A stretch of 64,000 nt of DNA from Hyphomonas sp. 34-62-18 (GTDB lineage: Bacteria > Pseudomonadota > Alphaproteobacteria > Caulobacterales > Hyphomonadaceae): NCBI GenBank assembly GCA_002282565.1, contig NCJT01000003.1, positions 10,592-74,591 of the forward strand, in the 5' to 3' direction. Shown piece by piece: positions 9,684-18,868 of this stretch. Each line of letters opens with the position of its first letter. Positions within the stretch are counted from its first letter, which is position 1. The notes beneath the pieces are model-generated. The model had not been told where the DNA came from and searched no databases. It saw only the letters and a list, made by a program, of their open reading frames with translations. The position numbers and the translations under genes are program-made.

Positions 9684-10550
9684 CTAACCGCCGATTTCGT
9701 CAAGGCTGAACGGCGTGGACTGGTAGGTCTGGTTGATCCAGTTGCCAAACAGGAGATGGGCATGGCTTCGCCAGCGATTGAGCGGCTGGCGGGTGGGATC
9801 GTCGCCGGGGAAATAGCCATAGGGCACCTGGATCTGCTTGCCCGCTTCCCGGTCGCGCTCAAACTCCTCCTTCAGGGAGAAGGAATCGTATTCAACATGG
9901 TTGAACATGAAGAGGCTACGCCGCGCACGGTCCTCCAGCAGGCAGGGGCCGGTATCATCACTGTCAATCAGCAGGCGGAGTTCGGGGCGCTCCAGCACTT
10001 CGCTGCGGCGCACCTCTGTCCAGCGTGAAACGGGAATGGAAAAATCATCCGAGAAGCCCGAAAGATAGGGCGAGGCCGGATCAAGATTGCGGTGGCGGAA
10101 TACGCCGAAGGCTTTGGCCTCGAGCAGATGTTTCGGCAGGCCGTGGAAATGATAGGCCGCCGCCATCGCGCCCCAACAGATATAGAACGGCGAATGCACG
10201 TTCGTCTGTGTCCAGTCGAAGATCCGGGTCAGCTCGTCCCAGTAATTGACCTCTTCAAAGGGCAGGGTTTCCACTGGAGCGCCGGTCACGATGAAGCCGT
10301 CAAACTTCCGCTCCCGGATTTCTTCCCAGGTCTGATAGAAGCTGATCAGATGTTCCTGCGAGGTGTTAGAGGCGCCGATCAGCCGGGCGATCTGCGTCTC
10401 GGTGCGGATCTTGTTGGGCATGAGGTTCAGGAGGCCGATCTGTAGCGGCCGGATGTCCTGCCGGATGGCATCGGTCTCACGCATCACCGCAACGCCTTCT
10501 TTGAGAAGGGTTTCACGCGCGGGCAGCGTATCGGGAATGCGGATCGGCAT
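9684..10550 (-). CDS. metA: Homoserine O-acyltransferase MetA (succinyl/acetyl), with an apparent in-frame internal deletion
   Basis: [69 protein letters not shown] is typical MetA. It is 288 aa and lacks the conserved PLQV..(strand)..R segment between RLIGAS and NTSQEHL. Confidence 0.9.
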   Translation of the reverse strand: MPIRIPDTLPARETLLKEGVAVMRETDAIRQDIRPLQIGLLNLMPNKIRTETQIARLIGASNTSQEHLISFYQTWEEIRERKFDGFIVTGAPVETLPFEEVNYWDELTRIFDWTQTNVHSPFYICWGAMAAAYHFHGLPKHLLEAKAFGVFRHRNLDPASPYLSGFSDDFSIPVSRWTEVRRSEVLERPELRLLIDSDDTGPCLLEDRARRSLFMFNHVEYDSFSLKEEFERDREAGKQIQVPYGYFPGDDPTRQPLNRWRSHAHLLFGNWINQTYQSTPFSLDEIGG

Positions 10551-10644
10551 GGCTCAAACGTCCTCTTCGGCCCGCTTCAGGTCTCACAAACAACGCCGCA
10601 ATTCAGGGGAAAGGCAGGCCCGGAACCCCGGCTTCCCTGCTTCT

Positions 10645-10710
10645 CGGCCCTTTAGCGAGTTGTTTAACGTGGCTGCAAGCCGGCCGGCCAAATCACCACG
10701 AAAGCGCATT
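10645..10710 (-). promoter_or_regulatory. SAM-II (SAM-alpha, metA-type) riboswitch
   Basis: The minus strand reads UCGUGGUGAUUUGGCCGGCCGGCUUGCAGCCACGUUAAACAACUCGCUAAAGG. It has the GAUUUGGC, GGCUUG and GCUAAAG hallmarks and a GUGG/CCAC P1, about 100 nt upstream of metA. Confidence 0.75.
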
Positions 10711-10742
10711 TAGTACGGGCAAGGCGCGGCGTCAAACCTTCT

Positions 10743-10764
10743 CCCCTCTCCCTGGAGAGAGGGG
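10743..10764. repeat. REP-like imperfect palindrome (CCCCTCTC..GAGAGGGG)
   Basis: CCCCTCTC (10743-10750) pairs with GAGAGGGG (10757-10764). Same motif class as 39001..39046 and 56402..56425. Confidence 0.5.
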
Positions 10765-10769
10765 GTGTT

Positions 10770-11582
10770 TCACTCCCCCGTCAGCTTCGCGGCCCGCCGC
10801 TCCTTGAACGCCGCCACGGCTTCTTTCCGGTCGCCCAGATAGTTTGACACGCTCTCCCAGCCGATGCTGGCGTCCATCAGCTGCGCGGCCAGCGCGCGGA
10901 GCGGAATGTTCGCGGTCGTCTTCGTCCAGCGCACAGCCCATTTGGGATTGGCCATGATCTTGCCGACGATCTCGTCCACTTTGGCGTCGAGTTCCCCGGC
11001 CGGTACGGCATAGTTGATAAGGCCGAGCGCCTTGGCTTCTGGCGCACTCAAGAGGTCGCCCGTCATCAGCAGTTCCTTCGCCTTGGCAAAGCCGATCAGC
11101 TGCGGCCAGATCAGCGCGCCGCCATCCCCGGCCACGAGCCCCACCTTCACATGCGGATCGCCGATCTTGGCCGTCTCGTCGGCAATGATCACATCGCAGA
11201 GCAGCGCGATGGTGGCGCCGAGGCCTGCGGCAGCACCGTTCATGCGGCAGATGATCGGTTTTTCCATTTGCAGCAGCGTCACCACGATCTGCTTGGCATC
11301 CCAGCCGATGGCGCGGAAGCGTTCGGGGTGGGCAATCTGCTCCTCGAACCAGTCGAAATCCCCGCCCGCACAAAAGGCCCGGCCTTTGGCGGAGAGGATG
11401 ATGAGATCACTCTCGGTATCACGCTGCAGGCAGTTGAACACGAGCGCAAGCTCTGTGTGCATCGCCTCGTCCACACCGTTCACCGGGTGATCGGAGGTGA
11501 TGTAGGCGGTCAGCACACGCCCCTTCCGCTCGAAGGTGAAACGTTCCCATTTCTCTGCCGTGATGTCGTAGTGCGCGCTCAT
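10770..11582 (-). CDS. Enoyl-CoA hydratase/isomerase (crotonase) family protein
   Basis: 270 aa. Oxyanion-hole segments FCAGGDF and NGAAAGLGATIALLCD. Confidence 0.85.
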   Translation of the reverse strand: MSAHYDITAEKWERFTFERKGRVLTAYITSDHPVNGVDEAMHTELALVFNCLQRDTESDLIILSAKGRAFCAGGDFDWFEEQIAHPERFRAIGWDAKQIVVTLLQMEKPIICRMNGAAAGLGATIALLCDVIIADETAKIGDPHVKVGLVAGDGGALIWPQLIGFAKAKELLMTGDLLSAPEAKALGLINYAVPAGELDAKVDEIVGKIMANPKWAVRWTKTTANIPLRALAAQLMDASIGWESVSNYLGDRKEAVAAFKERRAAKLTGE

Positions 11583-11723
11583 GGTTCCTCCGGCCGGTTT
11601 TGACGCCAGCCTAGGCGCGCCGGGCAGGCTGGCAAGGCCATATTTCCCTGTGTTTCGGGCTGCCTGCCCTTATTTTCCCGCATTTCCGGCCCCATCTGCC
11701 CGGCTCAGGAGACAGGAGCGCAC

Positions 11724-12374
11724 GTGAACCGGCCGGCCATTCAGGACTTCCAGGATACGAAAGACCCGCTCCATGTGACCCTGGAGAAAACGCTGGAGTC
11801 GATCGACATGCCGACCATTTCCCTGCGCCGCTTGTTCGATCTGATGGGGGAACAGGGGCTCCTGTTCCTTTGCGCCCTCCTCACCATCCCGTTTCTTCTC
11901 CCGGTGTCTATCCCAGGCCTCAGCTCCGTCTTCGGGCCTGCCATCATCCTGATCGCGGCAGGCATCACCGCCAATCGCATGCCCTGGCTGCCCCGGCGCC
12001 TGGCGCGCAAGGAATTCGATGCAGGCAAGCTCAAGGGCACATTGAAACGGGGCCTCAGCGCCGTTGCCCGGATTGAACGCTTCATCCGGCCGCGCCTGAA
12101 AGGGCTGACGGCCTCCGGCATGCCGGCGCGGATCAATGGCGTCGCGCTGATCTTTTCCGCGCTGCTGCTGATGGCGCCCTTCGGGATCATCCCCTTCACA
12201 AACACCCTGCCGGCCTACGCCATTCTCCTGATGTCCATCGGCATGTCGCAGCGCGACGGGTTGGTGGTAATTGCCGGATATCTGTTGATCCTGGCCACGT
12301 TGGCCTATCTGGGTGCCCTTGCCTGGCTGGCCACGCAGGCCGGTCAGGGTCTATTTGGTTTTTTCAACACCTGA
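11724..12374 (+). CDS. ExoD-family exopolysaccharide synthesis membrane protein
   Basis: GTG start preceded by GGAG. LLFLCALLTIPFLLPVSIPGLSSVFGPAIILIAAGI and the later TM segments resemble ExoD. Confidence 0.65.
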   Translation: MNRPAIQDFQDTKDPLHVTLEKTLESIDMPTISLRRLFDLMGEQGLLFLCALLTIPFLLPVSIPGLSSVFGPAIILIAAGITANRMPWLPRRLARKEFDAGKLKGTLKRGLSAVARIERFIRPRLKGLTASGMPARINGVALIFSALLLMAPFGIIPFTNTLPAYAILLMSIGMSQRDGLVVIAGYLLILATLAYLGALAWLATQAGQGLFGFFNT

Positions 12375-12391
12375 AACAGGACTCCCTCACC

Positions 12392-12739
12392 ATGCCCCGC
12401 GACACGCTGTTTCTTCTCCCGCCCGGCTTCCAGGCCAATGGACAGCGCGAATTCTGCCCGGAATGCGCCGAGATCTGGGGCCTCATCGCCTGGCATCCTG
12501 CGCTGAAGGAAACACTCGATGTCGTCTATGTAGGCATTGATCATCCCCGCGGCCCGATTGTCGATCTGCTTGGACCGAGCAAGCACAACGCACCGACCCT
12601 GGTGCTCGCAGACGGCTCGCCCCGCGCGGAAAACGTTACCTACAATGAAGCAAACGGCCATGCCTTCCTCCCCTCTGCCCGGCTGATTGCGCGGCATTTC
12701 GCAGGGCTTTACGGCACCCCCATGCCGCGCGGCGGTTGA
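12392..12739 (+). CDS. DUF3088 family protein
   Basis: 115 aa. DTLFLLPPGF..REFCPECAEIWGLIAWHPALKETLDVVYV matches my recollection of DUF3088. Confidence 0.55.
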   Translation: MPRDTLFLLPPGFQANGQREFCPECAEIWGLIAWHPALKETLDVVYVGIDHPRGPIVDLLGPSKHNAPTLVLADGSPRAENVTYNEANGHAFLPSARLIARHFAGLYGTPMPRGG

Positions 12740-12819
12740 TCATCGCCCCCTTGCCTTTCGCCGCATCAGCGGCCTCACTGATCCCGCACATAAAGAAACG
12801 TCCCGGAGGAACCCCGCCC

Positions 12820-13758
12820 ATGACCGCCAAGCCCGTGAAAACCCGCATCACCGATATGCTGGGCATCGAAAAGCCCATCGTCCAGGCCGCCATGGGCTGG
12901 ATTGCGCGCTCTCAGCTTTCCTCGGCGGTTTCAAACGCTGGCGGCATGGGCATCATCGAAACGTCTTCGGGCGAACTCGATACCATCCGTGAAGAGATCA
13001 AGAAGATGAAAACGCTGACGGAGAAACCCTTCGGCGTAAACGTTGCCCAGGCCTTCGTCCGCGATCCGAACATCATCCCCTTCATCATTGACCAGGGCAT
13101 CAAATTCGTCACCACCTCTGCCGGCGACCCGATGAAATATACCGCCACGCTGAAGGAAGCCGGGCTGACTGTGTTCCATGTGGTGCCCTCCCTCTCCGGC
13201 GCGATGCGCGCGATCGAGGCGGGCGTCGACGGGCTCATCGTTGAGGGCGGCGAAGGCGGCGGTTTCAAGAACGCCAGGGATGTCGCCTCCATGGTGCTGA
13301 TCCCGCAGGTGTGCGAGGCGGTGGATGTGCCGGTCGTCGCAGCCGGCGGCATCACGGACGGGCGCAGCATGGCAGCCGCCTTTGCCCTTGGCGCCGAAGG
13401 CGTCCTAATGGGCACGCGCATCCTCTCCAGCGCGGAAAGCCCGGTTCACCCCAACTGGAAAGATGCGATTGTCACCGCCGACGCGACGGACACCGTCTTC
13501 CTGAACCGCCAAGGCCCAGGCCCCGCCCTGAGGGCCCTGCGAACCGAGCGCACCAGCCGCATCGAAAAGGGAGGCAGCCCCAACATCTTCGGGGAGTTTG
13601 CCAAGACACAGGACGTCTATTTCGGCGGCGACCTGGAAGCCGGGATCGCGCTCACCGGCCAGGTGGCCGGCCGCATCAAAGAGGTAAAGCCGGTGGCCCA
13701 GATTTTTGAGGAAACCTTGGAAGAATACCACCGGATCGTAGCCGGCCTTCCCCGATAG
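12820..13758 (+). CDS. Nitronate monooxygenase (NMO / 2-nitropropane dioxygenase family)
   Basis: ORF 12736..13758 trimmed to the ATG at 12820 behind a GGAGGA SD. Contains IVQAAMGWIARSQLSSAVSNAGGMGII and the VVAAGGITDGRSMAAAFALGAEGVLMGT FMN barrel motifs. Confidence 0.85.
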   Translation: MTAKPVKTRITDMLGIEKPIVQAAMGWIARSQLSSAVSNAGGMGIIETSSGELDTIREEIKKMKTLTEKPFGVNVAQAFVRDPNIIPFIIDQGIKFVTTSAGDPMKYTATLKEAGLTVFHVVPSLSGAMRAIEAGVDGLIVEGGEGGGFKNARDVASMVLIPQVCEAVDVPVVAAGGITDGRSMAAAFALGAEGVLMGTRILSSAESPVHPNWKDAIVTADATDTVFLNRQGPGPALRALRTERTSRIEKGGSPNIFGEFAKTQDVYFGGDLEAGIALTGQVAGRIKEVKPVAQIFEETLEEYHRIVAGLPR

Positions 13759-13878
13759 GCCGAAACATGCGCCGCCAGGGCCAGATGAGGGGCTGAATTC
13801 GCCCCTTTCTGCCCGATTGACTGGAAATCTGCGCCCCTGGCGGCTAAACCGCGTGCAATCTTCATTGCCAGAGGAAGC

Positions 13879-16065
13879 ATGATGAAAATGTCCGATGCCC
13901 TGAAGGGCGGCGCTGCCGCTCTCGTCCTTGCTGCCACCGCCGCCTGCGGCGCCCCGGAACCGGCCCAGCCCGAAGCCGAGATCACCACGCAGATCGAACT
14001 GCCCGAGATTGAAATCAGCGATGCCGAGCTGGAAGGAAATCCCTTCCGCGCTGAATGGAGCGGCCCGTATGGCGTGCCGCCCTTCGCCGAGATCAAGGAC
14101 GAGCACTATATGCCGGCGGTCAAGAAGGGCATCGTCGAGATGCGCGCCGAGATCGACGCCATCGTGGGCAATCCCGAAGAGCCGACCTTCGAAAACACCA
14201 TCCTGGCGCTGGAGAAATCCGGCAAGTCGCTCGACAGGGTCATCCGCGTCTTCGGCAACATCACCAATACCGACACCAATGACGCGCTCAATGCGCTCGA
14301 AGGCGAAATCTATCCGATGCTCACCCGTGAGCAGGATGCCGTCACCTTCAACCCGAAACTCTTCGCCCGCGTGAAGGCGGTCTACGATCAGCGGGACCGC
14401 CTGGGCCTGGACGAGCAGGAAGCCCGCCTGCTGGAGCTGACGCACCGCAACTTCGTCCGCGCCGGCGCAGACCTTGCTCCGGAAGTGCAAGCAGAAGTCG
14501 CCAAGCTCAACGCCGAAATCTCCGGCCTGACGACCACCTATGGCCAGAACCTTCTCAACGCCACCAACGCGTTCAAGCTGGAGATCACCGATCCGGCACG
14601 CCTTGGCGGCCTGAGCGAGGACTTCAAGAATGCCCTCAAGGTGGACGGCGAAGAAAAATGGTCCGTGGGCCTCAGCCGCTCCTTCTTTGAAGGCTTCATG
14701 GCAAGCGCCGAAGACCGCGAACTGCGCCAGCAACTGTTCGACGGCTACCGCACCGTCGCCTCCTCCGGCCAGTATGATAACGGCCCGCTGGCCATCAAAC
14801 TGGCCCAGCTGCGCGCCAAGCGCGCCGAGCTGATGGGCTATCAGAGCCACGCGCATTATGTGCTTGAAGAGCGTATGGCGCACACGCCCGAAGCGGCGCT
14901 GGAATTCCTGCAGAAAGTTCTCGAGCCGGGTCTCGCCCGCGCCGCAGAAGAACAGGCAGACATGCAGAAGATCGCCGGCCATGACATTCTCGGCCATGAC
15001 TGGTGGTTCTATTCGGAGAAGGTCCGCGCCGACAAATACGCCTTCGACGAAAACCAGCTGCGCCCCTATTTCCAGCTCGACGCCACTTTCGATGGCGCCT
15101 TTGAAGTGGCCTCGCGCCTCTTCAATATCTCCATCGAGGAAGTGGACGTACCCGGATGGAATCCGGTCGTGAAGTCCTACGAGATCAAGGATAGCGCCAC
15201 CGGCGAGCATCTTGGCCTCTTCATGGTGGACATGTATGCCCGCGATTCCAAGCGCGGCGGTGCCTGGATGAGCACCTACCGGTCAGCTTCCGAGATTGAT
15301 GGCGAGACCATCCGCCCGATCATCACCAACAATATGAACCTGGTGACCCCGGCAGCCGGCCAGCCGACACTGCTTTCGCCGACCGAAGTGGAAACCCTCT
15401 TCCACGAATTCGGCCACGGCCTGCATGGCCTGCTGACGAAGATCCGTTATCCGAGCTTCTCCGGCGTCTATGGCGGGCCCGATTATGTCGAATTCCCCTC
15501 CCAGGTGATGGAACACTGGTGGAGCGAGCCGCAGGTGCTGGCGATGTATGCCCGCCATCATGAGACCGGCGAAGTGATCCCGATGGAACTCGTCGAGAAG
15601 ATGAACCGCGCCTCGACCTTCAATCAGGGCTTCAAGACGACCGAGTTCATCGCGGCCTCGCTGATCGACCTTCACTGGCACATGCTGTCTTCGGAAGAAG
15701 CCAATGCAATTACCGACGCCCGTGAGTTCGAAAAGTCGGTGCTGGCGAAATACAACATCCCGGAAATCATCGAGCCGCGTTACCGCTCGACCTATTTCTC
15801 CCACATCTTTGCCGGCGGCTATGCCGCTGGTTACTATTCCTACCTGTGGGCAGAAATTCTGGATGCGGATGGCTTTGACGCCTTCAAACAGTCCGGTGAC
15901 ATCTTCAATCCGGAGATCGCCGCGAAGCTGAAACAATGGATCTTCGAATCCGGCGGTCTGCGGGAAACTGACGAACTCTACCGCAACTTCCGCGGCTCTG
16001 ATCCGGGCATCGAGCCGCTGCTGCGCAATCGCGGCTTCGGCGAGCCTTCGCCCGCCGAAGGTTGA
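13879..16065 (+). CDS. dcp: M3 family peptidyl-dipeptidase Dcp, lipoprotein-type signal
   Basis: 728 aa. HEFGHGLH zinc motif. N-terminal LVLAATAAC lipobox. Confidence 0.9.
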   Translation: MMKMSDALKGGAAALVLAATAACGAPEPAQPEAEITTQIELPEIEISDAELEGNPFRAEWSGPYGVPPFAEIKDEHYMPAVKKGIVEMRAEIDAIVGNPEEPTFENTILALEKSGKSLDRVIRVFGNITNTDTNDALNALEGEIYPMLTREQDAVTFNPKLFARVKAVYDQRDRLGLDEQEARLLELTHRNFVRAGADLAPEVQAEVAKLNAEISGLTTTYGQNLLNATNAFKLEITDPARLGGLSEDFKNALKVDGEEKWSVGLSRSFFEGFMASAEDRELRQQLFDGYRTVASSGQYDNGPLAIKLAQLRAKRAELMGYQSHAHYVLEERMAHTPEAALEFLQKVLEPGLARAAEEQADMQKIAGHDILGHDWWFYSEKVRADKYAFDENQLRPYFQLDATFDGAFEVASRLFNISIEEVDVPGWNPVVKSYEIKDSATGEHLGLFMVDMYARDSKRGGAWMSTYRSASEIDGETIRPIITNNMNLVTPAAGQPTLLSPTEVETLFHEFGHGLHGLLTKIRYPSFSGVYGGPDYVEFPSQVMEHWWSEPQVLAMYARHHETGEVIPMELVEKMNRASTFNQGFKTTEFIAASLIDLHWHMLSSEEANAITDAREFEKSVLAKYNIPEIIEPRYRSTYFSHIFAGGYAAGYYSYLWAEILDADGFDAFKQSGDIFNPEIAAKLKQWIFESGGLRETDELYRNFRGSDPGIEPLLRNRGFGEPSPAEG

Positions 16066-16091
16066 TCGCGGCCCTCAGCCCACACACAAAG

Positions 16092-16121
16092 AACCCCGCC
16101 TCATTGAGGCGGGGTTTTTCC
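16092..16121. terminator. Rho-independent terminator between convergent dcp and ptsN
   Basis: CCCCGCCTC-ATTG-GAGGCGGGG followed by TTTTT. An A-rich stretch on the other side makes it plausibly bidirectional. Confidence 0.8.
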
Positions 16122-16148
16122 TTATCCGGAATGCCGGGCGAAGACCCG

Positions 16149-16619
16149 TCAGCCTCCAGTGACCGGATCCCTGCAGATCAGCGCCTTGATCTCGGCTTCA
16201 TTGCGGGCCTTGCGCAGGCCGTCGCGCACGGCAACCTGACGGAAGAACCGGCTGACCTGGGCAAGCGCACGCAAATGGTCCGCCCCTGCACCGTCGGGCG
16301 CCAGAAGCATGAAAATGAGATCGCAGGGGCGGTCATCAATCGCTTCGAAATCGACCCCCTGAGCCAACCGCAGGAAGCCGCCGACCGGCGCGGAGAGCCC
16401 CGGCAGGCGGGCGTGCGGGATGGCAACGCCCTCCCCCACACCCGTGGAGCCAAGCCGCTCGCGTTCCATCACGGCGTCTTCGATGGCGCGCGCGCCAATG
16501 CCCGTCGCATCGCTCAGGGCCTCACACAGGACGTGAATCGCCTGCTTCCGGCTGGTCGCCTCATGAAAGGGGATGATCACCCCACCTTGCAGCAGAGCAC
16601 TCAGATCGGTGGCCATCAA
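16149..16619 (-). CDS. ptsN: PTS EIIA-Ntr nitrogen regulatory protein
   Basis: 156 aa. EIIA type-2 domain with active-site His context GVGEGVAIPHARL. Lies immediately downstream of hpf. Confidence 0.85.
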   Translation of the reverse strand: MMATDLSALLQGGVIIPFHEATSRKQAIHVLCEALSDATGIGARAIEDAVMERERLGSTGVGEGVAIPHARLPGLSAPVGGFLRLAQGVDFEAIDDRPCDLIFMLLAPDGAGADHLRALAQVSRFFRQVAVRDGLRKARNEAEIKALICRDPVTGG

Positions 16620-16642
16620 ACAACTTTCCGTGGCGCGTCGCG

Positions 16643-17239
16643 TTAATTCCGGGGCGTGTTGGCAGGGTCAACCCAACCAATGTGCCCATCGGGGCGGCGG
16701 TAGACCATATTAAGTCCGTCATGGCTAGCATTTCTGAACATCAGCGCCGGGACATCCTGCAATTCCAGCTGCATCACTGCCTCAGAAACGCTCATCGTGC
16801 GGATCTGAACCTGGGTTTCTGCAACCGTAAGGGGTGCATCACCGACCTCCACTCCCGTATCCACCGAATCTTCGGTGTCGTCATCGGTGGCCTGGAACAG
16901 TATTTCTGCGGCCACTTCCGCCGGCAAAGCGGGCTGGCCATTGGTGTGATGGTCTTTCAGGCGGCGCTTATAGCGGCGCACCCGTTTTTCCATCTTGTCG
17001 AGACTGACCTCCAGCGCCGCATAGGGATCGTTCGCCTTGCCCGTAGATTGCAGGATGATGCCCGACGGCAGGTGGACATTGCAGTCCACTTCCACGAACG
17101 GGCCCTGCTGGGACACGAAAACATTGGCGTCGCCGGTGCGGCTGAAATACTTGGAGACGGCCGCTTCGAGCCCCTCCTCAATCCGCCCTCGCAACGCTTC
17201 ACCCAGTTCCAAATGCCGGCCGGTGATCTGAATTTGCAT
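16643..17239 (-). CDS. hpf: Ribosome hibernation promoting factor (long HPF / sigma-54 modulation protein)
   Basis: 198 aa. MQIQITGRHLELGEALR..YFSR start, and a C-terminal dimerisation domain ending HIGWVD. Confidence 0.9.
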   Translation of the reverse strand: MQIQITGRHLELGEALRGRIEEGLEAAVSKYFSRTGDANVFVSQQGPFVEVDCNVHLPSGIILQSTGKANDPYAALEVSLDKMEKRVRRYKRRLKDHHTNGQPALPAEVAAEILFQATDDDTEDSVDTGVEVGDAPLTVAETQVQIRTMSVSEAVMQLELQDVPALMFRNASHDGLNMVYRRPDGHIGWVDPANTPRN

Positions 17240-17404
17240 GGGCGTCTCCTTTGCCTGTGACCATAAGAGCTATCCTAAACATAAGTATGCATCAGGAAGC
17301 TGCCAGTGGCGACTCACTTCCGTATTGGTCCGCCACATCTGTCTGAAATCTAATGTGTTCAGCGCTTGCGGCTCTACGCATTTGTCCGGATCGGGCGGCG
17401 CGGC

Positions 17405-18499
17405 CTAGCCGGCGCGTTTGGCATAACCATGCTTTTTGAGAAGACCCCGCAGCTGATGATAGGTGAGGCCGAGGGCCTCAGCGGCCCTGCCCTGATGGCC
17501 GCCCGCATCTGCCAGCGCGTCATCGATCAGCTGCATCTCGAACAGGCGGACAGCATCCTCAAAGCCGCGTGCAGGAGTGGGCGGCCGCTCTGCGGGCTGG
17601 AGACCGGCAGCGCTGGTAGGCGCCGGGGCGCTCACAGAAACGCCAACACCGTTGGAGTTTTCTCGCCCCTGGTTGGAGGAATGGTTGGAGTTTTTCGAGG
17701 CCTGTTTTGGCCGCCAGGGAGAGGCAAACGGATCAAGCGCCGAGGGCTCGAAGCGCACCGGTTCCTGCGGCGCCAAAAGGAGGGCGCGATGCGCCAGCCG
17801 TTCGGCGAAATTGCGCAGTTCCCGGATGTTTCCGGGCCAGTGATAGGCCTCGATCGCCTCCAGCGCAGAGGGCGCAAAACCTGGAAAATCCTGAGCCATT
17901 TCAACCGCCATGCGGCGGGCAAAGAACTGCGCCAGCAGGGTCTTGTCGCCATGCCGCGCCCGCAGCGGCGGCAGCGTCACCACATCAAATGATAGCCGGT
18001 CCAAGAGGTCCCAGCGGAACTGCCCCGCCTCCGCCAGCGCCGGAAGATCGGCATTCGTCGCCGCCACGATCCGCACATTAGTCGACAGCACCTTGGAGCC
18101 GCCAACCCGTTGAAATTCACCATATTCCACGATCCGCAGCAGCTTTTCCTGCACCTGTTGCGAGGCTGTGGCGATCTCGTCGAGGAAGATCGTGCCCCCG
18201 TCCGCCATCTCAAACCGGCCGCGCCGCATCTCGGTGGCGCCGGTAAACGCGCCGCGCTCATGGCCGAAAAGCTCTGAATCCAGAAGGGTTTCCGAAAGTG
18301 CCGCACAGTTCACCTTCACAAATGGGCCTTCCCAGCGCCTGGACAGGAAGTGCAACCGCTCGCCGACGAGTTCCTTACCCGTCCCCCGCTCGCCGATCAC
18401 CAGCACGGGCCGGTCGAGCGGCGCGAGCCGGCTCGCGTGCTCGAGCGCGCTGAGCCAGGCGGCAGATTCGCCAATCAGCTGAGTTGTACGCTGCTCCAT
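17405..18499 (-). CDS. pspF: Sigma-54-dependent activator PspF (AAA+ domain plus Fis-type HTH, no receiver domain)
   Basis: Walker A GERGTGKE, GAFTGA loop, and C-terminal HTH RAAEALGLTYHQLRGLLKKHG. Divergent from pspA. Confidence 0.85.
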   Translation of the reverse strand: MEQRTTQLIGESAAWLSALEHASRLAPLDRPVLVIGERGTGKELVGERLHFLSRRWEGPFVKVNCAALSETLLDSELFGHERGAFTGATEMRRGRFEMADGGTIFLDEIATASQQVQEKLLRIVEYGEFQRVGGSKVLSTNVRIVAATNADLPALAEAGQFRWDLLDRLSFDVVTLPPLRARHGDKTLLAQFFARRMAVEMAQDFPGFAPSALEAIEAYHWPGNIRELRNFAERLAHRALLLAPQEPVRFEPSALDPFASPWRPKQASKNSNHSSNQGRENSNGVGVSVSAPAPTSAAGLQPAERPPTPARGFEDAVRLFEMQLIDDALADAGGHQGRAAEALGLTYHQLRGLLKKHGYAKRAG

Positions 18500-18633
18500 T
18501 TTGTTAAATTAGCCAATCTCTTCGGCTATTTCTACTATATTTTTAGCTTTATTCGCCTTCCAATTCTTAACACCATGCCGCAAAAAAGTTTTTTATTCAA
18601 ACAAAACAATGAGTTATGAAATTAATCCCAAAC

Positions 18634-18649
18634 TGGCACGCCTCTTGAA
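18634..18649 (+). promoter_or_regulatory. Sigma-54 (-24/-12) promoter of the psp operon
   Basis: TGGCACG-CCTC-TTGAA matches TGGCAC-N5-TTGC except at the last -12 base. It sits in the AT-rich pspF-pspA intergenic region. Confidence 0.6.
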
Positions 18650-18710
18650 ATGGAAGTGGCATCAGGGCGACGGGCGTTGCCAACCACTGCAAACCAAGGA
18701 CGAACCAGAA

Positions 18711-18842
18711 ATGAGCTACCAGGACGATCCCTACACACCGCGCACCGATGCCGGCCGCTTTGGCCGCTGGCTCGCCTCGCGCCGGGCGGAGACGTGGATG
18801 TTCTTCGCTGCCGGCGTGCTGCTCGGCGGCCTCTTCTTCTGA
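18711..18842 (+). CDS. Candidate 43-aa membrane peptide in the pspA leader
   Basis: ATG preceded by AAGGA. MSYQDDPYTPRTDAGRFGRWLASRRAETWMFFAAGVLLGGLFF has one C-terminal TM helix. Lies between the sigma-54 promoter and pspA. Confidence 0.35.
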   Translation: MSYQDDPYTPRTDAGRFGRWLASRRAETWMFFAAGVLLGGLFF

Positions 18843-18868
18843 TCTCCAGTCACGAAAGGAATAACCCC

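Noticed and set aside
13405-15210. 601-aa ORF antisense to dcp
   Set aside because: It lies opposite a gene with an unmistakable M3 peptidase sequence. Its composition is rich in Gly/Arg/Ala/Leu and it has no recognisable motifs. This is the typical stop-codon-poor antisense frame of high-GC DNA.
18609-18842. 77-aa version of the ORF upstream of pspA
   Set aside because: Its first 34 codons cover the sigma-54 promoter itself, so they would not be transcribed from it. Only the internal 43-codon version is retained, as a low-confidence candidate.
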